Shown: positions 8,183-16,417 of the stretch, piece after piece
Layout of the letters: each line of letters starts with the position of its first letter
Numbering within the stretch: the first letter of the stretch is position 1
Assembly: GCF_006345805.1 (NCBI RefSeq)
Contig: NW_021825124.1
Span: forward strand, 1 to 16,417
Origin: Octopus sinensis
Lineage: Eukaryota
Length of the DNA stretch: 16,417 nt
Direction: 5' to 3'
Notes under the pieces: model-generated
Database searches by the model: none
What the model was told of the DNA's origin: nothing
What the model saw: the letters and a program-made list of their open reading frames with translations, nothing else
Made by a program: the position numbers and the translations under genes

Positions 8183-9081
8183 TAAGAGCACCATCCGAGC
8201 GTGATTGTTGCCAGAGCAGCTAACTGGCTTCCGTGCCGGTGGCACGTAAAAAGCACCATTCGAGCGTGATCGTTACCAGCATCGCCTTACTGGCACTTGT
8301 GCTGGTGGCACGTGAAAAAAAACATTCGAGCAAGGTCGTTGCCAGTGCTGCTGGACTGGCTCCTGTGTAGGTGGCATGTAAAAAACACCATTTGACCGTG
8401 ACTGTTGCCAGTACCTCCTGACTGGCCCTCGTACCGGTGGCACATAAAAGCACCCACTACACTCTTGGAGTGGTTGGCGTTAGGAAGGGCATCCAGCTGT
8501 AGAAACTCTGCCAGATCAAGATTGGAGCCTGGTGCAGCCATCAGGTTTATGTGGAGGCACATGGCCTAGTGGTTAGAGCAGTGGACTCGCGGTCGAGGGA
8601 TCGCGGTTTCGAATCTCAGACCAGGCAATGTGTGTGTTTATGAGCGAAACACCTTAGCTCCACGCAGCTCTGGCAGAAGGTAATGGCAAACTTCTGCTGA
8701 CTCTTTCGCCACTACTTTCTCTCACTCTTTCCTCTTGCAGCTCACCTGCGCCGGACCGGCGTCCCGTCCAGGTGGGGAACCTATACGCCAAGAAACCGGG
8801 AAACCCTTTCCTCCTGTGCCTTGCAGCTCACCTGCACCGGACCGGCGTCCCATCCAGGTGGGGAACCTATACGCCAAGAAACCGGGAAACTCTTTCCTCC
8901 TGCGTCTTGCAGCTCACCTGTGCTGGACCAACGTCCCGTCCAGTTGGGGAACCTATACGCCAGGGAAACCGGGACATTGGCCCTATGACCCAGTCATGGC
9001 TTGAGAAGGTACGGCCATCTGGTTTGCCAGTCGTCATTCAAATTGTCCAACCCATGCTAGCATGGAAAGCAGACATTAAAC

Positions 9082-9115
<34 letters not shown>
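8183..9115 (+). mobile_element. Family D retroposon, interrupted by a family C-related SINE
   Basis: 8183-8548 plus 9014-9115 reconstitute the element seen at 3701-4133; (GAT)n tail at about 9082-9115. Confidence 0.88.
8549..9013 (+). mobile_element. Family C-related tRNA SINE with triplicated 3' module
   Basis: tRNA-like head GGAGGCACATGGCCTAGTGG...GGTTTCGAATC; 12 bp TSD GCCATC(A/T)GGTTT at 8537-8548 / 9014-9025; repeat units start at 8725, 8804 and 8890. Confidence 0.85.
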
Positions 9116-9117
<2 letters not shown>

Positions 9118-9236
9118 TGTTTGACTCATTTACAATGTTTGTCAGCCACAATGATTGACAATCAGCTTCAGTTACTTATGATGTTTGAAAGTCACTGGCA
9201 GATTGTGCTGTTTGATGAAGTGCTATAATGTTTGAT

Positions 9237-9574
9237 GGTGGAGGCGCAATGGCCCAGTGGCTAGGGCAGCAGACTCGCGGTCATAGGATCGCGGTTTCGA
9301 TTCCCAGACCGGGCGTTGTGAGTGTTTATTGAGCGAAAGCACCTAAAAAGCTCCACGAGGCTCCGGCAGGGATGTTTCTGTTGTACCTGTATTTCAAAGG
9401 GCCGGCCTTGTCACTCTCTGTGTCACGCTGAATATCCCCGAGAACTACGTTAAGGGTACACGTGTCTGTGGAGTGCTCAGCCACTTACACGTTAATTTCA
9501 CGAGCAGGCTGTTCCGTTGATTCGGATCAACCGGAACCCTCATCGTCGTAACCGACGGAGTGCTTCCTTTTCCT
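9237..9574 (+). mobile_element. Family C tRNA-derived SINE (internally deleted)
   Basis: A-box TGGCCCAGTGG, B-box GGTTTCGATTCC; 13 bp TSD TATAATGTTTGAT at 9224-9236 / 9575-9587; lacks about 50 bp present in the 14872-15255 copy. Confidence 0.9.
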
Positions 9575-9650
9575 TATAATGTTTGATAGTCTATAACAGT
9601 GTTTGACTGCTTGTTTGATTCGATGAAAACAATGAGGATGAAAATAAATA

Positions 9651-10030
9651 GGCGCAGGTGTGGCTGTGTGGTAAGTAGCTAGCTTACCAACCACATGGTT
9701 CCAGGTTCAGTCCCACTGCATGGCACCTTGGGCAAGTGTCTTCAGCTATAGCCCCGGGCCGACCAATGCCCTGTGAGTGGATTTGGTAGACGGAAACTGG
9801 AAGAAGCCCGTCGTATGTATATGTATGTGTATCTGTGTTTGTCCCCCCACCATTGCTTGACAACCAAAAGTGGTGTGTTTATGTCCCCCGTAACTTAGCG
9901 GTTCAGTAAAAGAGACTGATAGAATAAGTACTACGCTTACAAAGAATAAGTCCTGGGGTCGATTTACTCAACTAAAAGGCGGTGCTCCAGCATGGCTGCA
10001 GTCAAATGACTGAAACAAGTAAGAGAGAAT
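9651..10030 (+). mobile_element. Family A SINE
   Basis: Begins GGCGCAGGTGTGGCTGTGTGG; same consensus as the other copies; followed by (GA)n. Confidence 0.92.
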
Positions 10031-10118
10031 AAAGAGAGAGAGAGAGCGGTTATAGATACAGTGCAAAGAGAGAGATTTGTAGGCAAATAGGTAGATAGCT
10101 TTATCAGAGAGGATCTAA

Positions 10119-10155
<37 letters not shown>
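10030..10155. repeat. (GA)n purine-rich tract
   Basis: gagagaga runs. Confidence 0.85.
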
Positions 10156-10159
<4 letters not shown>

Positions 10160-10208
10160 TGATGGTTGGAGTGTATGAGAGAAAGAAGGAGAAAGAAGAT
10201 ACGATATA

Positions 10209-10633
10209 TATTTCTTTACTGCCCACAAGGGGATAAACAGAGAGGGGACAAACAAGGACAGACAAAGGGATTAAGTCGATTACATCGACCCCAGTGCGAA
10301 ACTGGTACTTTATTTATCGACCCCGAAAGGATGAAAGGCAAAGTCGACCTCGGCGGAATTTGAACTCAGAACATAGCGGCAGACGAAATACCTATTTCTT
10401 TACTACCCACAAGGGGCTAAACACAGAGGGGACAAACAAGGACAGACATAGGTATTAAGTCGATTACATCGACCCCAGTGCGTAACTGGTACTTTATTTA
10501 TCGACCCCGAAAGGATGAAAGGCTAAGTCGACCTCGGTGGAATTTGAACTCAGAACATAGCGGCAGACGAAATACTGCTAGGCATTTCGCCCCCCGGCGC
10601 GCTAACGTTTCTGCCAGCTTGCCACCTTCAAAT
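10209..10633 (-). mobile_element. Family B SINE dimer (full monomer plus 5'-truncated monomer) within one TSD
   Basis: Monomers 10391-10633 and 10209-10390; 13 bp TSD AAGATACGATATA at 10196-10208 / 10634-10646. Confidence 0.9.
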
Positions 10634-11096
10634 AAGATACGATATAAATGGGGTTTAAGACAATAAATAGAGATGGAGCGAGTAACAAGAGAGAAAAGAA
10701 GGGAGCGAGGAGAAAAAAAGAAGGAAAAGGGGGAAAGAGAGAGAGGCAGAAACAAGGAGAGAGAGAGAGGGGGAGCGAGTGTGTGTGTGTGTGTGCGTGC
10801 GTGCGTGCAGCGATACTGGTGCCACAAACATCAATATCAACAATGATTTATATTGTTTGTATTGACATGCTGATTGGAAGGGAAGGATATTGGATGGGGT
10901 GGGGAAGGGGGGGAACATTTGGCATAGTTTTAAATATCAGAGCTACACACACACACACACACACAAACTTGCAATGTAAATACATCCAGACATAAACATA
11001 AAAACATAACTAGACACACACACACACACACACATACACATGCAGATATACTGACATACTTATGCAAGTGATCTATATCTCTCTATATAGTGTATT

Positions 11097-11496
11097 AGGA
11101 GTGGCTGTGTGGTAAGTAGCTTGCTTACGAACCACATGGTTCCAGGTTCAGTCCCACTGCGTGGCATCTTGGGCAAGTGTCTTCTGTTATAGCCTCGGGC
11201 CGACCAAAGCCTTGTGAGTGGATTTGGTAGACGGAACTGAAAGAAGCCCGTCGTATATATGTATATGTATATATGTGTATGTTTGTGTGTTGTGTTTGTC
11301 CCCACCAACATCGCTTGACAACCAATGCTGGTTTGTTTACGTCCCCGTAACTTAGCGGTTCGGCAAAAGAGACCGATAGAATAAGTACTAGGCTTACAAA
11401 GAATAAGTCCTGGGGTCGATTTCCTCGACTAAAGGTGGTGCTCCAGCATGGCCACAGTCAAATGACTGAAACAAGTAAATGAGTAAATGAGTAAAT
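11097..11496 (+). mobile_element. Family A SINE
   Basis: Same consensus; tail (GAGTAAAT)n. Confidence 0.92.
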
Positions 11497-11641
11497 AAAT
11501 GAATATATACACACACACACTCAGACACACATACATAGACGCTTATATACACCAACATACAGACATACTAGTATATATAAACATAAAACATATATTTATT
11601 TTTATAGCATTTATGTTTATCTATCTATCTATCTATCTAGC

Positions 11642-11815
11642 TAGCCACCACACACATTTTTTTTTCTCTCCTTGTTTTTTTTTGTGTCCCTTTCTGTAGA
11701 AGAGCGTAGGCTCGAAACGTAAAAGACTTTTTCTATTACTGAGCGTTATACTAATACATCTGTTTGTTTTGTACACCACCTGTCTTCGTCTTTTGTTTTT
11801 TTCATAAACTCTCCC
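11642..11815 (+). mobile_element. ~175 bp (TA)n-tailed short element, Penelope-like terminal repeat candidate
   Basis: Clearly homologous to 14004-14185 (minus); starts TAGCCAC, ends AAACTCTCCC then (TA)n; contains the hammerhead-like motif. The Penelope assignment is inference. Confidence 0.65.
11686..11727 (+). ncRNA. Minimal type-I hammerhead-ribozyme-like motif with variant core (candidate)
   Basis: gtcccttt-CTGTAGA-a-GAGC gtag GCTC-GAAAC GTA-aaagac: stem II 4 bp with tetraloop, GAAA, palindromic ACGT in place of stem III, GUA triplet, stem I cttt/aaag. The core is CUGUAGA rather than CUGAnGA. Confidence 0.4.
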
Positions 11816-11861
<46 letters not shown>

Positions 11862-12134
11862 TCGGAGTACCTATTTTTTTAATTTTTGTATATATTTATC
11901 ATTATTTTTTTGCAAAAAGCAATGTAATTTTCTTTTTTCCCCCTCATCACATTTAAAAAAATTTTTTCCTATACAATTCTTGAAAAATCACATTATGACG
12001 AAACCGGTTTGAATTAAAATATATATATATATATATATATATTTTATCAATTTTTCAAAAACTTTTTCCATACACCCATTTTCACTCAAATTTTCTTTCA
12101 ATTTAGCATTCTGCCTTTTTACAATTTTTCCTTG

Positions 12135-12137
<3 letters not shown>

Positions 12138-12192
<55 letters not shown>

Positions 12193-12225
12193 TGTATATA
12201 ATGTATATATGTATGTATATATATC
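12138..12225. repeat. (TA)n/(TATG)n microsatellite
   Basis: Direct inspection. Confidence 0.9.
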
Positions 12226-12399
12226 ATCTTTATATTTTCTATTTGAGTAAATCTATTTACTTTTCTAAACATAAATGCTTTATAAGATAAATCGCACAGT
12301 TAACAGCAGGTCAAAGTAATGTGACCCTTGCCTCACAGGGAAACCCCATTTCATCCACCGACATAAAGGGATCAACTTTCCAACCCAAACAAAGAGATC

Positions 12400-12530
12400 A
12401 AAAGGCTTACTTCTCAACCATAGGGTTTTGGGTTCAATCCCACTGTGTAGTACCTTGAGCAAGTGTCTTCCACTGTAATCTCTTGTCGACCAAAGCTTTA
12501 TGTGCGGATTTCATTAGTAAACAGAACTGC
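12400..12530 (+). mobile_element. Degenerate family A-type SINE 5' remnant
   Basis: GGGTTCAATCCCACTG...CCTTGAGCAAGTGTCTT...GACCAAAGCTTT match the family A head. Confidence 0.65.
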
Positions 12531-12557
12531 ATATACATACATTTTTTATGTTTTATC

Positions 12558-12702
12558 TTTTACTTGTTTCAGTCATTAGACTGCAGCCATGCAGGGACAT
12601 TATCTTGAAGAATTTATAGTCGAATGTACTGACCCCGGTACCTTTTTTTTAAGCCTGGTATTTATTCTATCAGTCTCTTTTGCCAAACTGCTAAGTTACA
12701 GG
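12558..12702 (-). mobile_element. Degenerate family A-type SINE 3' remnant
   Basis: TTTACTTGTTTCAGTCATTAGACTG and TTCTATCAGTCTCTTTTGCCAAACTGCTAAGTTAC are the reverse complement of the family A tail. Confidence 0.75.
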
Positions 12703-13244
12703 GTTAGCATTGGGTTATCATTGTTGTTTTTGCCTCACTTGCTGCTGCTTTCTGTCCCTTCTTCCCCGCTTTCCCAATGAGTTGTCGAGCACTTGCACAT
12801 TACATATAATTATCTGGTTGTTATTTTAAAATCTCACCAGCCAGCCTTGCTGGACTCGGGAAGGCCATAGCAACGGCTTCTCTTCCCTGACTAAGCCATT
12901 CATATAATAAAATTAAAAACAAAAAAAAAATTAACTGATTTTTGGCAAAACAGCACAAACCTTAATGGTAAAAGAATCACAGAAATCTTGATAAAAATTG
13001 AAAGAATGGAACCAAAATGGCAATAAAAGGATCAAAATTGATTTTGAAAGAATACAAATGGAAGCAAATGAGTTTTAAAATTTCAAAAATAAAATCACAC
13101 AACCATACTAATTAAATTCTAGCAAGGAACAATAGATTTCTAATGTTGTTTTTTTTTAATATTTTATTATATTTTATATTATTTTGTTGTTTTTTTCTCA
13201 CTAACTAAAAGTTTTTCCAACTGATGTGCTTTTGTTTCATTGGT

Positions 13245-13661
13245 GTGTGTAGTGTGAAACTATATACATAAGTGTGTGTGTGTGTGTGTGTGTGTGTGAG
13301 TGTGAGTGGTGTGTGCTTGTGTGTATGTGGGTGTTTGCGTATGTGTGTATATTTGTGTGTTTGAGTATGTGTGTGTGTTTGTGTATGTGTGTATACATAC
13401 GTGTAGTGTGTGTGTGTATATATATGTGATTTTGTGTATGTGTGTGTGAATGTGTGTATACATACGTGTGTGTGTGTGCTTGTGTGTATGAGTGCATATG
13501 TGTGTGTATGAGTGCATATGTGTGTGTATGTGAGTGTTTGTGTATGTGTGTATATTTGTGTGTTTGAGTGTGTGTGTGAATGTTTTTGTGTGTATGTGTG
13601 TGTGAATGTGTGTGAGCTTTTTGTGTATGTGGGTGTGTGTACATGTGTATCTATGTGCATA

Positions 13662-13701
<40 letters not shown>

Positions 13702-13730
13702 TACATGTGATGTGTAGATGCATGTATGTA
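13245..13730. repeat. Degenerate (TG)n microsatellite
   Basis: TG/TA alternation; source of the H/T-rich ORFs. Confidence 0.95.
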
Positions 13731-13744
13731 TATATTCTTCTTTC

Positions 13745-13950
13745 GTTTATTCTTTACTTGTTTCAGTCATTTGACTGTGGCCATGCTGGAGCACTGCCTT
13801 CAGTCGAACAAATCAACCCCAGGGCTTATTCTTTGTAAGCCTACTTCTTCTGTCAGTCTCTTTTGCCGAACTGCTAATTATGGAGACATAAACACACCAA
13901 CATCGGTTGTCAAGCAATGACGGGAGGACAAACACAGAACCACACAAATA
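13745..13950 (-). mobile_element. Family A SINE 3' half
   Basis: Reverse complement of TGTGTTTGTCC...TTGCTTGACAACCGATG...GACTGAAACAAGTAAAG, with small deletions. Confidence 0.82.
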
Positions 13951-14003
13951 CATACAAATATATATATATATATATCTAATATATATATATATATATATAT
14001 ATA

Positions 14004-14185
14004 GGGAGAGTTTACGAAAAAAAAACAAGACGACGAAGACAGGTGGTGTAGAAAAACAACACATGTATTAGTATAACGCTCAGGAACAGAAAAATCTTTT
14101 ATGTTTCGAGCCTACGCTCTTCTACAGAATGGGACACAGAAAAAACAAGGAGAGAAACAAGGAGAGAAAATGTGTGTAGTGGCTA
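14004..14185 (-). mobile_element. Second copy of the ~175 bp (TA)n-tailed hammerhead-like element
   Basis: Minus strand: GTCCCATT-CTGTAGA-A-GAGCGTAGGCTC-GAAACATA-AAAGAT (14095-14135); ends AAACTCTCCC then (TA)n. Confidence 0.65.
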
Positions 14186-14211
14186 ACGATCTATCATGGC
14201 GACTATATATA

Positions 14212-14600
14212 GGCGCAGGAGTGGCTGTATGGTAAGTAGCTTGCTAACCAACCACATGATTCCGGGTTCAGTCCCACTGCCTGGCATCTTCGGCTATAGC
14301 CCCGGGCCGACCAAAGCCTTGTGAGTGGATTTGGTAGACGGAAACTGAAAGAAGCCTGTCGTATATATGTATATATATATATATATGTGTGTGTTTGTGT
14401 GTCTGTGTTTGTTCCCCTAGCATTGCTTGACAACTGATGCTGGTGTGTTTACGTCCCCGTCACTTAGCGGTTTGGCAAAAAGAGACCGATAGAATAAGTA
14501 CTGGGCTTACAAAAAGAATAAGTCCCGGGGTCGAGTTGCTCGACTACAGGCGGTGCTCCAGCATGGCCACAGTCAAATGACTGAAACAAGTAAAAAAAGA
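14212..14600 (+). mobile_element. Family A SINE with 13 bp deletion in the CORE-like segment
   Basis: GGCATCTT|CGGCTATAG lacks GGGCAAGTGTCTT (TCTT microhomology); flanked by TA runs. Confidence 0.92.
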
Positions 14601-14871
14601 TAATATATATATATATATATATATCAAAATAAGCAACAACTTTTATGTTGGTTATGAATATTTTGCACCATGTAGTTTTTAGTCTTTTTTTTTTCTTTTA
14701 GTGATGCTCATTTGAAAGCTGTTTTAGAATGTTCTGGTAGCTGGTATACATGATTTGCTAGTTTTAATTGCTAAGTGGTTTTGTATTGGTTCTCTTTAGA
14801 ATCTCTTCATTGGTTATGCAGTCTTGCTTAATATGTTCTCAGAATCCTTCTCAAGCATCTGTGATGAGACA

Positions 14872-15255
14872 GAGAGAAGCACTCCGTCGGCTACGACGAT
14901 GAGGGTTCCAGTTGATCCGATCAACGGAACAGCCTGCTCATGAAATTAACGTGTAAGTGGCTGAGCACTCCACAGACATGTGCACCCATAACGTAGTTCT
15001 CGGAGATACTCAGCGTGACACAGAGAGTGACAAGGCCGGCCCTTTGAAATACAGGTACAACAGAAACAGGAAGCAAGAGTGAGAGAAAGTTGTGGTGAAA
15101 GAGTACAGCAGGGATCACCACCATCCCTGCCGGAGCCTCGTGGAGCTTTAGGTGTTTTCGCTCAATAAACACTCACAACGCCCGGTCTGGGAATCGAAAC
15201 CGCAATCCTACGACCGCGAGTCCGCTGCCCCAACCACTGGGCCATTGCGCCTCCA
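14872..15255 (-). mobile_element. Family C tRNA-derived SINE, full length
   Basis: Head GGAGGCGCAATGGCCCAGTGG on the minus strand; perfect 16 bp TSD CATCTGTGATGAGACA at 14856-14871 / 15256-15271. Confidence 0.93.
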
Positions 15256-15512
15256 CATCTGTGATGAGACAACTATACCTTTCAGTCAATTTTCATGGTG
15301 CTCATTCAAGTCTCACTGGCACAGAGAACTATTGGTAGCACTATGCCATTATAGAGCCAGATCTCTGCATGTAAGCTGAGAGGATTTGGGGACCAAATAG
15401 CAGACATTCTTGGGAATATGGCTGCAGCTTTATAAATTCCACTGTTGCAACAGAACGGACTCGAGTGTTGCTGTTAAACTGAGCAATGCAGTAAGTCTCC
15501 AATGCAGTAAGT

Positions 15513-15749
15513 AAGGTGGCGAGCTGGTAGAAACGTTAGCGCGCCGGGCAACATGCGTAGCCGTATTTCGTCTGCCGTTACGTTCTGAGTTCAAATTCCG
15601 CCAAGGTCGACTTTGCCTTTCATCCTTTCGGGATCAATAAATTAAGTACCAGTTACGCACTGGGGTCGATGTAATCGACTTAATCCGTTTGTCTGTCCTT
15701 GTTTGTCCTCTCTGTGTTTAGCCCCTTGTGGGTAGTAAAGAAATAGGTA
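15513..15749 (+). mobile_element. Family B tRNA-derived SINE, full monomer
   Basis: GGTGGCGAGCTGGTAGAAACGTTAG head, GAGTTCAAATTCC B-box, CTTTCATCCTTTCGGG core, tail AAAGAAATAGGTA. Confidence 0.9.
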
Positions 15750-16229
15750 CAGATTTTTCCGATAGATTTCTATACTGTTTTCCATTTAACAAATTGAACT
15801 TACAAGACTTTCGTTTACTTGAAGCTATGGGTAAAGACAGTTGATCAACTCTCTGAGTGGAAGTGAACTTGAAACTAGGTAGTTGCGAACTGAATGCCTT
15901 GACCACACAGCTGTGTCTGCGGTTATTCATTCATCTATTGAACAACTACCATAATGCAGTGAAGTATATCATTGGTTGACCGTTCTATGGTGTATTGCAG
16001 TAGTAGTGTCATCTGAGATAAATGTCACAGAGAGCGAGAGAGAGAGAGAGAGGGGTGGGGAAGACAGCTGGCAGGCCAGTTGGTTGGCTGGCTATTTGAA
16101 AATAATACAGTAGACAGTGGACAGAAAGGTCAAAAAAAAAAAAAAGAACCAGATTAGCATGGCTGGTATGGTAACACAAGCACTATCAGACTAACAGCTA
16201 CATTCTACACATTAGTATGTCGCATATTG

Positions 16230-16417
16230 TGTGTGTATATATATATATCATACATACATATATGTATATATATATGTATATATATATATGGATATATATA
16301 CATATATATATATATCATATATATATATACATATATATATACATATATATATATATATTATATATATGTAATGTAATTATATGATATAGATATACATATA
16401 TATATATATCATTATAA
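16230..16417. repeat. Degenerate (TA)n microsatellite
   Basis: Direct inspection. Confidence 0.95.

Larger units (their letters stand above)
7605..9615. repeat. Old ~20 bp minisatellite (consensus ~ACAATGTTTGACAGTCAATT) split by insertions
   Basis: Degenerate units at about 7605-7677, 8071-8160, 9116-9236 and 9575-9615. Confidence 0.75.
14645..15822 (-). mobile_element. Decayed RTE-clade LINE ORF2 fragment (C-terminal RT region), interrupted by two SINEs
   Basis: Manual minus-strand translation across stops and frameshifts gives K*TKVL..LNGKQ(I)EI.. GIYKAAAIFPRMSAIW..LSLHAEIWLYNGIVLPIVLCASET*..HHRCLRRILR..QDCITNEEILKRTNTKPLS..KTTW, matching the RTE motifs KAAAAF..W..SLKTKIRLYNA.VLP.LLYGSETW..RCLRRIL.I.W.D.ITNEE.L..RGRPKTTW as I recall them. 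Confidence 0.8.

Noticed and set aside
8184-8454. CRISPR-like repeat/spacer reading of the family D array
   Set aside because: The variable parts are only 9-10 nt loops, the order is the same in both copies, and there are no cas genes; kept only as a structured-RNA candidate.
9237-9320. SINE heads as genuine tRNA genes
   Set aside because: They have A/B boxes but no complete cloverleaf or assignable anticodon, and they continue into SINE bodies with TSDs.
4416-14600. All five near-complete family A SINEs on the + strand (orientation bias suggesting a host intron)
   Set aside because: n=5 is too small (two-sided p about 0.06), two partial copies are on the minus strand, and other families are mixed.
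4137-15749. Naming families A-D as the published octopus OK/OR1/OR2 or Meta/CORE/Nin/Ceph SINEs
   Set aside because: The resemblance is from memory only. Assignment needs alignment to Repbase, Dfam or SINEBase consensus sequences, which I cannot run.
15830-15920. Degenerate minus-strand SINE head
   Set aside because: Only patchy similarity to the family A/B heads; too decayed to assign boundaries.

Overview
AT-rich, repeat-saturated eukaryotic non-coding DNA with no supportable protein-coding gene. The SINE repertoire and microsatellite load look like an Octopus/coleoid cephalopod genome (inferred from recalled repeat families, not from a search). Contents: (i) long simple repeats, including a 1.8 kb GAT/GGT/GAC array with higher-order structure; (ii) two related TTAA-flanked, CCC-terminated piggyBac-like MITEs lying head-to-head 36 bp apart, one with its left end tandemly amplified (3 x 102 bp) and one with its right end amplified (7 x 167-168 bp), every repeat junction falling on a shared TTAA; (iii) four tRNA/RTE-type SINE families, many nested, several with target-site duplications; (iv) a 393 bp non-autonomous Helitron inside an old 20 bp minisatellite; (v) a decayed RTE-clade LINE ORF2 fragment; (vi) two inverted copies of a ~175 bp (TA)n-tailed element carrying a minimal hammerhead-ribozyme-like fold with a variant core. 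Every long ORF in the track is a by-product of simple repeats or SINEs. Family labels A-D are my own working names.
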